Positions 24,581 to 38,100 of a DNA stretch of 64,000 nt are shown piece by piece (the stretch's first letter is position 1; every line of letters starts with the position of its first letter). The notes below the pieces were generated by a model. It searched no databases, had not been told where the DNA came from, and saw only the letters and a program-made list of their open reading frames with translations. Origin of the DNA: Cycas panzhihuaensis (Eukaryota; Plantae; Cycadophyta); assembly GCA_023213395.1 (NCBI GenBank), contig CM041465.1, forward strand, positions 187,247,741 through 187,311,740. Reading direction: 5' to 3'. The translations under genes were made by a program, and so were the position numbers.

Positions 24581-27500
24581 AACAATCAAAGGCTTCCCTT
24601 AAAGACCCATAAACTTAGAGCCTAAAAACCTTCTTAGGGACTAAAAATCTTATTTGGGATAAATATAACCTTAAAGACACATTTTGTTAAGTTTATTTAG
24701 GATAACTATACCTTAAGGACCTTTTATCAAAGGATATTTATCAAGACATTAATTGAGATATAGTGGCAACTAATTTTATTAATATGATTATTCCAAAATT
24801 TGATGGATTTAATTTTTTGAACTAGAGTAGGAGGATGAGACTCATCCTCATCACTAAAGATATATGGGATATTGTAAGAATAGGATACATGGAACTAGGA
24901 CAAAATGTAACCGATCTGGAGAAACTAACATATAAGAAGAATGTAAAGAAGGATAATGAGGCCTTTGCATTAATATTTTATACCCTAGAGGATCACATAT
25001 TTCCTAGGGTAAGTGAGGTGACAAAATCTAAGGAAGTTTAAGACATCTGACAATTGATTTATAAAGGGGTAGCTTCATCCAAGCTACACACTTTGAGAAG
25101 TAAGTTTGAAAACCTGAAGATGATGCCTAATGAATTAGTTACAATATTCATGACCAAGGTTCAAGACCTTATTAATCAGATATGATCCCTTAGAGAAATA
25201 TTAACTAAACAAAGGGTTATTGAGAGAATCTTAAAGTGTATTGGTGAAGTAAAAATGTTTGAAATATTAGCAACCAGTATAGAAGTATCAAAGGATTTGA
25301 GTGCCTTCAAAACTAAACAACTAAGTGCCATGTTAATGGCAGTTGAGGAGAAGAAGAATACAAGTAAGTCACTTGAGTATGCCTTTATAACCAAGGTAAG
25401 GATACAATCAAACTCACAATTTGGAACCTCCAAATCTAGGGACCAATCCCTAAGGAGGAGACAAAGAAACTCTAGAAAGGAAGTACACCAAGAAAAGCAA
25501 GTAAGGTGTCAAGCTTCACATCAAAGACATCAAGGAGAAAATCAAAGGAATCTTATCCATAACTAATATCAAAGTTAAGAAAGGCATCATGGGACAAATC
25601 AATGTTGACATAATTATTAAGGGCACATGCATTCTTAAAAGACCAACTTCAACTATCCTAATAATAGATAAAGGGATAACCAAGCCCCATATTTGGAAAG
25701 AGGAAGACCATCACATATTGATAGAACTAATCCTCGTAGTAAGATCCTTAGTTATGGGAGAAGGGATTCACTTTACTACTCATTTGCAATAAAGTTGATC
25801 ACATAGAAGATAAATGTTTTACAAAGAATGGTCCACCCACTAGGGGAAGTGCCAACACATTTCTAGAAATAAGGGAGAATGATCGATTATTCCTCTCTAG
25901 CTTTATTGCTCACGCGGAAGAAGATGATAGTTGGTATATTGATTCTGCTTGCTCCACCCATATGACCCATAAACAAGATATTTTTCAAACCATAGATAGA
26001 ACTAGAAATGGGTCTATTATATTTGGAGATGACACCTCTAGTAAATCTATTGGTAGAGGTAATATCATCTTAAAGACTGAAGTAGGTGAATATCAACATT
26101 TAGATAATGTACTCTGTGTTCCAACATTGAAAATGAATCTTTTATCAATAGTATAGATAATAGTTAAATATTACAAAGTCATATTTGACAATGGTGAATG
26201 CACCATTAAGGATAAAAGACAGAATAAGGTGGTAGTTGTCAAAGGTAAAATGACCAAAGATAGACTTTTCAAGCTAGTTCTCACTCCTTCAGATAACTAC
26301 ACTTTGAAAATAACAATCAAGCTTAACTGTGATATATGTTATAAGAGATTTGGTCACTTAAATTATAATAGTTTGACACTCATGAAGAAAATGGACATGG
26401 TTAATACGCTATGTCATATTGAAGTGGACAAAAATATTTGTGAAGGGTGTCTCCTTGGAAAACAACATAGAGAAAGTTTTCTAGATGGTAGTTATCAAGC
26501 AAAAAGGCTACTCCAACTAGTTTGCACAAATATTTTTGGTCCCATGGATATTCCTTCACTAGCAGGTGTTAAATATTTTTCTCACATTTATTATTAACTA
26601 TACAAGAAAAACTTAGGTCCACTTCTTAAAGTTTAAGTATGATGCTTTCCAATACTTTATCAAGTTCAAAACCTTTGTGGAGAGATAAAGTGGACATAAG
26701 ATACTATCTCTAAGATTAGACAATGGGAGAGAGTTTATGTCAAATGAGTTTAAGGCCTATTGTAGACATCATAGAATTAGGAGATAACTTACAAATCTTT
26801 ACATCCCTCAATAAAATGGGGTGGATGAAAAAAAGAACCATACCATAGTTGAGATGGCTAGGTGCATGTTGAAGGAACAAAGGTTAGGACTTGAATTTTA
26901 GGCTAAGACTGTCCACACTACTATTTATTTACTCAATAGGTATACTACCAAATCCCTTAGATAGATGACATCTAAAGAAGCATATATTAGATACAAACCT
27001 AATATCCACCATTTAAGAGTTTTTGGTTGCTTTGCTTATGTCCATGTCCCTGAATAAAAGAGTACTAAGCTAGATGATAACAACACCAAATGTATATTTA
27101 TTGGCTATAATGATGCCTCCAAATCTTATAAGGTTTATGATTCTAAATCATGAAAAATCATAGTGATCAATCATGTTATCTTCCAAGAAAATGATTATTA
27201 TCACATTGATTATGATTAAGATAAAAGAAAAGGTGTCATGATAAATCTTGATTCAACCACTAGGTCCTCATATATGCCACCTAGGTAGGACTCTAGATAA
27301 ACTATTGATGTGTTAAGTGGGGAGGGAACCTCCTCTAAACCTCCACCACAGAGATTTCCTAGATGGGTTCAAAGGAACCATAATATAGAAAACATTTTGG
27401 ATAATGACTACAATAAAAGATCTGCTCATTCCTATAGGGTGAATTTTACCCTTATGAGTGGAGTTATGGAGACTCATGAGCCTCATACCTTTGATGAGGC

Positions 27501-28152
27501 CAATATGCATGATGATTAAAGAAAAGCAATGGAGGAGGAATATAACTCCATAGTGAAAAATGATACATGGGAACTAGTTGATCTTCCTCCCAACAAAAAG
27601 GCTATTGGTACCAAATGGGTCTATAAAACCAAGTTTAGATCTAATAGATCAATTAATAAACATAAGGCTAGACTCCTAGTAAAAAGTTATGCCTAAAGGA
27701 AAGGTATAGACTATAGTGAAATGTTTACTTTTGTTACACACATAGAGACTGTTCGCATGATTTTGAGTTTGGCTGTACAAAAGGGATGGGATATTCACCA
27801 AATGGGTGTTAAAAGTGCCTTTCTTAATGGGTATATTGAAGAAGATATCTATGTACATTAGCCCATTTTGAAGTTAGGGGAAAGAAGACAAAGTGTACAA
27901 GTTCAAAAAGTCACTTTATAGACTAAAACAAGCACCCAAGGCATGGTACTCTCAAATCGATAAATACTTTAGAGACCAAGGATTCAAAAGAACCTAATTA
28001 GATCCAAATTTATACATCAAAATCAAAGAAGACTTCATTCTAATAGTGGGACTTTATATAGATGATCTTGTCTACATAGGAAATGACTCCCATCTTTTGA
28101 AAAAAAATTAAGGAAGATATGTGTAAGGAGTTTGAAATAATGGATTTAGGCT

Positions 28153-29610
28153 TGATGGGGGTCCAAAATAAAGGCGTGCAAGCCTGGAATCAGTGCAGCA
28201 AGGGGCTACAAATGCTAATAATCTAGTGTAGGCCTAAGGCTCACCTACTCCTAATTATCCCAAGGGAAGCATGGGAGCAAGAGAAGAAAGGTGGGAAGGG
28301 GATTGCCCTTGGAGAGTAGGACTAAGTGGGGGGCTTCCCCTGCCTTACTCTCTTTACCCAACCTTTGTGAATCTTCTCCTGCTGCTTCCTTAAGGAAAAC
28401 TAGTGGAGGAATGGTGAAAACCTAAAAATAACAAGCCAAACTCAATGGAAACAATGTTTGCTATAGTCAATTATGAAGAAAGCAAGCAAGCAAACAGGGA
28501 AATAAGTCTAACATAGAAATAACATACCATAAATCCTGAAAAAAGGGTTTAGAGGACCTGTAGGGCTGAATATAGGGCAGGTCCATCCCTGCAACCAGTG
28601 GAGAGGAGGGTTCCTGCAAGGTTTTACATGAGATATCCTAAGAGGTGGCTAAAAGAGACACTTACTGGGCCGAGTTGGAAGAGAACCACACCTAAACTTA
28701 CTTGAGAACTTCTGAAAAGAAGCTTTCCACCACGGAGGAGGATTGGTGTAGGTAGATCCTAGGCTGGAGTTGCAGGAAATGCAGGCCTGCAGATGCACTT
28801 ATGGAAGGAAGAGAGTAAGAGCAGAAGTTGCAGCAGGAAGTAGTTGTGTTGAAGAGCCCAAAAATCATCCAAGAGAGGTAAAGTGATGATGGTTTTGAGA
28901 TTTATACCCATCCTAGCCCTAAATAAGCAAATAGAATATGAATAGGGCCAAGCTGGATGTGAGAACACGTGGCAATTATGTGGGAAAAGCAAGAATTACC
29001 ATGGCAATCTTTTGAAAAATAACTTATAACAGTTGCACCGCGGTAAATTTTGCGGTACCACACTAAACTTCATGGTACCACTAAGTTTATAGTGGTGTAG
29101 GACCAAAAAGCCATAATGGCAAAAATCTGGGTTTCGAGAGCCTTAGGAGGTGATGTGGCAGGCCTGGGAGGGGTTGGCCCTCCTATCCAGGTGGCTAGGA
29201 CAGTCCAGAAGGCATGTGTACAAAGGCAAGAGGAGCATCAATGGCTAAAGGTCCCATAAATGAGGTGCTAGGAGCTCAAAATCAAGGCATGAATGGGTCA
29301 TACAAATCAAATGAGGCTTGAGGTAGTGTGGAGGTAGCGCAGAGGGTTGTAAAGTGCCATGGAGATGCCTGCCTTGCAGAAAGGTAGGTCCCACTGGGTC
29401 ATCATAGGCTCACAATACGACAAGTAGTATGAACAGGCAACAAATGCAAAGTGATCATACAAATGAAGCAACCAGTCATGCAATGAGGCAATGCTTCCAT
29501 CAACCTTTCCAAGGAAATAGTAGAGGTGAAAAGGAAGAAGCATACCTGAGCTTAACTGAGTCGACCTGTCTATATCCATTCCCGGTAGCTAGGAAACACT
29601 TTCTAATGTA
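28153..29610 (-). mobile_element. Younger GC-richer orphan LTR (Gypsy-like)
   Basis: Abrupt GC rise with retained CpG/CHG. Left end TGATGGGGG. Minus-strand TATAAA at 28901-28906 followed by a pyrimidine-rich leader. The right end (29578-29610) is uncertain and no TSD was found. Confidence 0.65.
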
Positions 29611-29619
29611 TTCCCCACC

Positions 29620-31400
29620 TCTCCCAATATTTGAATAGGATTTATTCCTATTTAAGAAGATTAGATAACTACCATTTCTTTATGGGGTTTGAAATCTAAC
29701 TTAGTGGGATCAAGTTATATTTTAGTAACCTTAGGGATAGAGGAAGTTTCTAGCTAATAATACATTTCTTATATCATGAGATCCATTCGCTCTTCTATTA
29801 CCTTATAAACCAATGATATAGTCCTTTTAGGAGCCTCTAATAGAGAGGGCGTTAAAACTAAATTTTTTCTCTTTATCTTTCCCTTACTTTTCTTGGTATC
29901 TATAAGTTGTTTTGGTGGTTTTGTAACTTTTCTTTTCTTACTTCTAATTTCTTCAATCTTCTTCACTAGTTTTTTACTCGAGGTTCTAATCTCTTCATCT
30001 ACTAGCCTCTCTATAGTGAGGACATCTGATTCATGTAAAAGCATAGGATCCTGATCTACATGGAAGACATGCTTAACCTTATATATCCTATCTTCATCTT
30101 CTTGATTCTTATAACTCTCTACCTTATTATATTAATGTGCATCAAGAGTCATTTTAGTGCTCCTCATATAGTCACTCATAATGTAATTAAGATCATAATA
30201 TTTGGGAGGAGTTTTCCTATGCCAACATTGTATAAGATGAATACAAGCATTCTTGACTTCTAACTAATCCTTAGTCCTTCAATTTCTAATATTAATAACT
30301 TTAACCTATAATGGGGCCTTTTTATAAGTAGGATTTAACCTTGCCTTGATATCTACTAGTTGCCTACATATTTCCATAAAAAATAGCTTAAGAGGCACAT
30401 ATTTGGGCAAATAATATGCAAAGCCTTTAAAACCATATAACCACATCATGGTATATTCTTTAAATAAATAAAAACCTCCATAAGGAGTGTTATCTACTCC
30501 CCTTAACTAACCTTTTACATCTTCATCTTTTGTAATTAGAGGATATAATAGAGATATGGCTAGATAATAAACATTATTTACTAATGTATAAAGAAGTAGA
30601 GTGACTTGGATTTCTATATCTTTGAGAAGTAGGATTGTATGGGCTCCTCTTATGTATTAGAGTTTAGTATTAGTTCCCCAAACTAAATTGCACCTAATAC
30701 AACATAAAGCAAATATGATAACATGTAAAATGGGGTGCCCTTATGTAATCCACCAAGTTGATTGACAAGAGTGCTACTCACTATTTCGACCTAGTCAAAT
30801 AGAATTCCCCTTCCTCTATTGATTAATGATGTACACTTGTATTAGTTAAAGCTAAGAATTATCATTATATCTTAAAACCATTGAGAGGAGTGAAATTTAA
30901 AGTTGAATATCTTCCTTGAATAATTTAGATTTCAATCCTTTTCTCTTTATACTTTTCTTAAGAGATGTTATATACCATTTTGACATATCTTTAACTAATT
31001 GCTTGTCCTTTTTAATCATATTATGTATCCTATCCTCATCAAAAGATACACTAGGTTGTGAGAGTTGGAATATTCTCTTGATGTTCTCTATAGTAAACAA
31101 TATAATGGCCTTTTTTATTTGGCCCCTTAATTATCCTGGCATCCTTTTTAAATCATTGAGCTAACCCCCCTATCAATTTTGAGTAAGGGAACATTTTGGG
31201 CATGAAGGCAATCTTAACTATCCCACAGTTCCACATGCATCTTACTCCCTACTTCACCCATTTATATGAATTTTTATCTCTTTATTTAGACTCACCCTTG
31301 TGTATTTTATAAGAAGCATTATGTTAGGTATGCATAAGATTACAATAATGCTGGTAGTTTAACGTTTCAAAATAAAGAACAAAGGGTATCATAAAGGATA
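29620..31400 (-). pseudogene. Extra ORF 3' of integrase, function unknown
   Basis: Sense-strand reading-frame remnants WNCGIVKIAFMPKMFP, FTIENIKRIFQL and GGFYLFKEYTMMWLYGFKGFAYYLPKYVPLKLFFMEICRQ, then a K/E-rich segment (ORF 29769-30044). Confidence 0.7.
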
Positions 31401-32649
31401 GATTCTAAGATTTCTCTTGCATATGACTTATAATATCATTCATAACTTTCCTTCTTGTTTTTTTATCATTCTTCAACTTTCTTACATTCCAAATAGTACT
31501 AAAATGATATTGGAAGAACTAATATATAATTTAGGTTGCACTTTTAATGTTGCATGCTTCATATTAATTCAACATGATTTAGGTTGATATTAGGAATGAC
31601 CTTTAAAATTAAGGTGCCTTAGTATAAATTTTTATATTAGCCTTAGTATAAAACTTTGAGATGACATAATTGTATTATGAAAATATAAACTTATATAAAG
31701 TTTTCTAGCATGATCTCTTATCATATGATACTCCTTTCTATGAGTTTTATTATGAAAATCATGTCTGTGTAGGGGATAATTATGTGGGTATGTACTATTT
31801 CCTTCTTCATTCTCTTGCATGAAACTAATTTTACTATTAAGTATTTCGTTATGAATATATACCATTATAGGAATGAAGTTTTCATTTATTGTTAAATTAT
31901 GGGTCCTTGTGGTCTTTTTTTCACATCTTTATGTATTGTAAGTTACTTTTCTACATGAGGGCTTCCTTCATAAGTATATCTTGAATTGTAACTCATTATG
32001 TTATAAAAACAACAATCATGTGAGGGGGGGGGGGGGGGAGTTGTAGGAACTATACATTTCTTATCTCTTTCCCATATCTTACCTTCCTGCATATAACTTT
32101 CCCACATGATAGTTTCCAGTATGCATGATCTTTTATGTAAAGAGTGTTCAATGCGAGGAACACTTCTATTTAAAAACATAAGTCCATCTTTTGTCTTACC
32201 TCTCAATGCTAATAACTAGTTTGTGCTAAAACTCATCCTTACGATAATGCTTTTTGAATTTACATTTCATAGTTATCAATAATTCTTCCATTAATAATAT
32301 CATATGGTCAAAATAGTAAATCAAACTTCATTAATAATGTAACTTTATTAAGAGCTTCTTAAAGTTAGGCTTAATTTTTTTTTTACTATTAAACCTTAAA
32401 GGCATAACATAGGCCTCCTTACTGCTAATCATCCCCTTATAGGTAGTTAGAAGTACCTTCTTATTTTTCTAACTCTATTTACTTGAAAACACTTATAAAA
32501 ATAAAAGTAACTTCATGCTAAAAAGAAAAACTATGTATACTATTTATAGATTTCAATTAATATTTCTATAAAGTTAGATTCAGCCTCCTTGATAGTAAAA
32601 CTTCAAGAATTTTCCATTCACTAGAATTAGTAGTTCCTATCCCCGAGTA

Positions 32650-35600
32650 TCCTTCAATTTGAAAGGATTATTACCAATTGCCTATGCAATAGTATAAGGC
32701 CCAATCCATAGGGAATCAAACTTTCTATGAGCCCTAGGATTTCACTTAGCCTTATCTCACATCAACACCATGTCTTTAGGACTCAAGCTTTTATCTCAAA
32801 CATACTTTCTATCAAAGAGTCTTTTAATCTTGTCTTGATACAAAATGGGATTATCCTTAACTTCTCCACATTTCTCTTCTAGCCTTAACAACTTAAGGAT
32901 TTTATCTCCTAAAATATTATAATCAATTTTATATAAATCTACTAGTCCCACTGCATTAGAAGCCAAATGAGAAGGGTGTATTACTTCTTTCCCATAGAGT
33001 AAAAGAAAATGAAAGTAACCCGTAACTTCTTTGGTGGTAGTTCCATCAATCTAGAGAGCTAAATGAAGTTTGGTATGCCAATCTTTTTAGTTCTACTTAA
33101 CTACTCTATTTAGAATTTTAATAAATTTTTTGTTTATAGATTCAACTAATCCATTACCTCGTTAGTAATACTTTAAAGAGGTACTCAAGCATATATCATT
33201 TTTACTACAAGGAATGAGCATCTCAATCAAGGTGAATACTACTCCATTATCTAAAACTAAGAAAGGAGGAATGCTAAACTTGGGCATTATGATCTCTTGT
33301 AGAAAATTAATAATTACTTTAGTAGTAACTCTTTTGGTTGTAATGACTTTGACCCATCTTGTGAAATAATCCATAGCAGTGAGAATAAACATATGTCCCT
33401 TATTAGAGGATGGCTTTATTAGACTTGTAAATTCCAACTCGTACTTCTTAAATGATTGTTCTACATCTATAGTTTTAAGAGGCATAACATCCAATCTCTG
33501 TTTATCTACAAATAATTGATATACTTCATAGTTTCTAACTTTTAAGTAAGTATCTTTAAATATTGTAGGCTAATAGAAACTATCTTTGATAATCTTGTGT
33601 GTAGTGGATTCAATAAAAAAATGGCCTTTACACATCCAAGAGCGGAACTCTTCTATTGCCTTTTGAGCCTCATTTATTGAAAAATTCTTCAAGAGCACAC
33701 CTTCAAAATTTCTTCTATATATCTTTCCATTAACTAACATATTTGGGTTTGATTTAAACCTTAAGGTCTTAAGACTTCTCTCATATTCTAGAAATAATAT
33801 CTAATATCTTGTAAAAAAGGAGAAAACTCTATGATTTCTTCTTCTATAACACTTATCAAATTCTTATCCCCATGCTCTAACCTCTGCTCAATCTTAACTA
33901 ATATCTACAATTATGATTCAACCATGAATTGACATAATTCTTAACCCTTAATAGCCTTAATAGGTTTTATTTCCAAGTTAAATTCTTAAATCTTGGTTAG
34001 CCATTTTATTTATTTCCTTGTAGGATCCATATTTATTAGTATGTTTTTGATTGAAGACATTAGAACATAGACCACCATATGGTTGTGTACAATGTAGTGC
34101 CTAAAATCCTTAATGGTATTTACTAAAGCATAGGCCTCTTTTTCTATATTAATATATTTCAATTGATAATCCTTTAGACTCTTGCTCAAGCATGTTATAG
34201 GTTTATCTTCACTTTGATTGTTCTTCTAAATAAGAATTACTATACGAGATCCCTTGGATGTATAAGTATATATCATGAAATCTCAATCAAAATATAGGGA
34301 AGCAAGTATCGAAGCTTAAGTAATGACTCACTTGATCTTATTAAAAGTTTCTCAAGTTAATTGGCCCCACTTAAAAGGTGAATCTTTCTTTAGCAACTTG
34401 CTAAGAGTTAATGTAATTCTATTAAAGTTTGGAACAAACCTCCTTAAAAAATTAATCCTAGTAAAGAAAGATTGTAGTGCTTTTTCATAATTGGGTATTA
34501 ACAATTGTTTAATAGATTTGATTCTATCTAGATTAATATAAGTGTCTTCTTGTGTAACAACAAACATTTATCTTTGGTAACTCCAAAGATGGTCTTCTTT
34601 AGATTCAATCATATCCCAAACTATTTATACCTTTCAAAGACATGCCTTAAGTGGTTGACATGGTCAGCCTTATTTTTTAGAAACACTATGATATCATCTA
34701 AATAAACCATATTTATTATGAATTCAATACCTTTAAATTCTTGGTCTATAGCTCTCTAGAATGTAACCCCCACACTTGTCAATCCAAATGACATCTTCTT
34801 GTAAGTGAAGGTTCTCCAAAGAGTAGTAAAAGTAGTCTTGTGGTTGTACTCCTTGTCAAGTAATATTTGATTGTGCCTAGAAAATCTATCTAATAAATAC
34901 ATCATCCCTGATCCTATTACTACCTATAGTAATTACTCCATTTGGTAAAGGATGATTATCCCTAGTGAGACTTTTTTAAGGTTCCTAAAGTTAACACAGA
35001 GTTTTATTTCCCCATTCTTTTTTTTGATTGGGACTAAGCTAGCTACCCATTGAAAATATTAGATCAAGTAAATAATACTAGAATTATTTAGATTTTGAAT
35101 CTCTTTCTATATCATGCATTTGATCTTTGGATTAATTAGCCTTTGCTTTTGCTTAAAAGATTTTAATTCTAGTTTTAAAGAAATTTTATACTGCATAATT
35201 TTAAGATCAAATCCATTCAGATCTTCATAATACCATGCAAAAATATCACCGTACTCATGACATAAGGAGAGAATTTCTTAAACCTCCTCTTTTATATAAG
35301 TTTCATATAATAGTACATTTTTAAGCTCATATTTAAAACCAATATTATAAGGTATTCCTTTCTCTAAATTTCTCTTTAGTGTTTTTAGTTGGATTACCTT
35401 TTCCTTCCTTATAAAATCATCTAGATTATAAATATCTTCTAAGGTAATTAATTTTTTAGAAGGTTTTTAGTCCTTTGACTAATCATTTCTAAATAAATAT
35501 TGTCATTAGTGAGAGATGGGTTATCTGATGGAATCAACTTAGCTTCATCTATTTATAACCCTATGAACTCATCCTTGCTTGATATAAATCTTATCAATTG

Positions 35601-38100
35601 ATTATCATTCACAAAGATTTGCCATTAGTTTAAATTATTAGGCATAATAGTTTTAGTAATAACCTCCATAGATCACTTCCTCTGACTAATGACTTCCACT
35701 CCATTCATAAGTGATGTAATTATAGCTAAGAAATCTTCAAATTTACTTTCATCCCTTGGGATGTGCTATATGTTAAATGCTTTAAAACTAACTATCAACT
35801 ATAATACTCTTGCTTTATATATTCTCAATTGGTCACCCATAGTAGCATACACTCCTTTGATTTGTATGATAATCGGTTCATAATCTTTGAAGACTTTCAA
35901 TTCTTTTACCTTTAAGCCTTGTTCCTTTGTAGACCAAATATGTGGGATTCATACTTAACTATGTTATTAGTGTAATCAAAATCCAAATTATTAGAAAATG
36001 GGAAAAAAAATACTAGTGGGGATATTAACAATAGACCAGTTCCTACACCAACTTAAATTTAGCATCATCAAAATAGAGAGTCTAAATATGTATATTTAAT
36101 TTTTTTGAAGTATGATATTCTTCCTCCTCTTTAGTTGGTGATGATTCTTCTTTGCAAAAGACTAGATGAGTCCTTGAGCTAATGTCTTTGAATAAATAAC
36201 CCATCATATTATCCTCTCCTATCTTGAATATGTATGGGATGCCTATCCTCTCTATGCATAGTAATAAGATCTTTCTCTAATGGAAATGTAAGAGTATTCA
36301 TGCGTACATTGGGTATAGCCTTAGTATACATCACCCAATCTTTTCCCAATAACATTCTATAAATTGGTGGCATGTCTATAACTATTATAGTTATTGGAAC
36401 TAAAATCTTGGTGTTAGATGTGGGAGTGAGTATTAGGTCCTTTATTTGACCCAATATAATCATTCCTCTTGAATTAAAAGCTTTTACTAATTGATCTATT
36501 TTGGCATATTCATGTTCTAATACCTTTATAATTATATAGGACATAATATTATGAGTAGCCCCAATGTCTATTATATAATTATGAAGAATAAATTTAACAT
36601 ATATATGAATTAAAACATAGAAGGGAGGGTTCTTTAATCCAGTTGGTAGATAATTAGTCTACATAACCTTTTTATCTTTTATTTCATTTACTATATTATT
36701 ACTTAAGTGGGTAGACAAAAGCATTTTCATAATTCTTTTCCTTTGATCCAAGAGCTTTATCACCTAGTATAAGATTATATTAATGGAGTACTTATACAAA
36801 TCTCTTACTATGCGATAATATTATGTACCTTGTCTAGTTAGATTCTCTTGAGTTCTATGTATTGGGTTTGGCACCTTATTATTCATCACTCTTTGCTTTA
36901 GCTATTTGGTATTATGATTAATAGGTCTAGAATTATCAACCCTTTAGTTCTTGTCACCATGGGGTCCCCTAGCCTTATATTCTTTATTTTGGTCATGGAG
37001 GCCAAGTTCAAGTCCTTTGTGTCCTCTAGATCTGAATCACCAAATGAGGCCATAATTGTATCATGAAGGTAGGAAGATGAGGCTTCTTTTTCTAAATAAT
37101 CCATAGATAAATCCTTGAAACTAATGTTATGCTCTTTCATTATTCCTTCTTCATATGTAGCCATGGTAGCCCTATTATTAAAATTATTATGATTATTTTA
37201 CCCCATGATAGTTGGCTATTATATATCTTTCTATTTTACTTACCTCTTAAGATGTTTTAGATCACTATTTAATTTTCTAAATATGGTTGGGAATGTGGAA
37301 TAGGATGGTGGGTAGTTTAGACATTTTCTCTTTATGTAGGTGCAATAAGATTGAGATTTTTCCTACCAAATTTATTCATCGTCCATTTGAATTCCACAAA
37401 CATATCCTTGAATTTATTGAAAGTACTTTGTAATCTTCCCATTACCATCATCTATGTTTCATAATCTAAACATTCTAAGAACCATTTTAACTAACACTAA
37501 TCAAATGGTCATTCATGAATAATGATTCATCTCATAATTTTCTCAATCCTCTCCACAAAAGAAGAGATGGTTTCTCTAGGTCCTCTTCAAATAGTCAATA
37601 ACTTTTTAAGGCATTTGATCTTAGTCTGAGATATTTGGGTCTAAACATGGCTCTTAAGGTATCCCAATTGGTAATTGAATTATGTAGTAGACCTTGAAAC
37701 TAATAAACAACTATCCCTTTTAGTGAGTGCACCAAAAGTCTCACTATTATATCTGCATGAGTGATATTAAACTTTTTGCTCACAAGGAAAAATAACTCTA
37801 AGTGTTTTTTTGTTGTGATAGAATTGTTACCAAAAAATTTGGGAATAACATCCCATGATTTATTAGGTATATCATGGATATGATCTCCAAAATCTAGAGT
37901 ATCACTCACCATCCAAGGCAAAGCATCATCTTGATTATCATCTCATCTATGATTTTAGTTTCTCCTTCTTTGGAAATTATTTCCATGTTTCTCATTATTT
38001 TTAGCCATCTTGAGAGTGTCTACAAAATGTTCTTGGGGTAATGAAGTTTGACAAGGTTCTAATATATCAATTGAATCTTCTAAATGATTTACGCTATGCC
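32650..38100 (-). pseudogene. Tat gag-pol polyprotein remnant
   Basis: ORF fragments 37700-37921, 36209-36544, 34352-34567 and 33162-33494, plus hand-translated motifs. Confidence 0.9.
35700..36085 (-). pseudogene. Additional (archaeal-type) RNase H domain between protease and RT
   Basis: (W)TLYFDDA..GVGTGLLLISP..LDFDYTNNIVKYE..VFKD..HIPRDE..DFLA matches the aRH pattern W.LYFDGA..TNN.AEYEA..GDS..HIPR..N..AD.LA. Confidence 0.85.

Larger units (their letters stand above)
21943..28152 (+). mobile_element. Copia element: 5' LTR 21943-22274, ~2.5-kb leader, gag-pol truncated within RT
   Basis: LTR runs TGTTGG...CTCCAACA. Decayed PBS TAGTATCACAGT at ~22277. Gag from ~24784. WYIDSACSTHMT at ~25930, HLNY...CEGCLLGKQHRES, HHLRVFGC, and RT motifs through EFEIMDLG at 28150. 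Confidence 0.92.

Noticed and set aside
28759-29638. Short ORFs in the GC-richer segment as a possible host gene
   Set aside because: No recognisable domain or exon structure. The segment has LTR-like promoter organisation.
32024-32039. G15 run as the Tat polypurine tract
   Set aside because: It is on the wrong strand (poly-C on the element's sense strand) and is not adjacent to an LTR.
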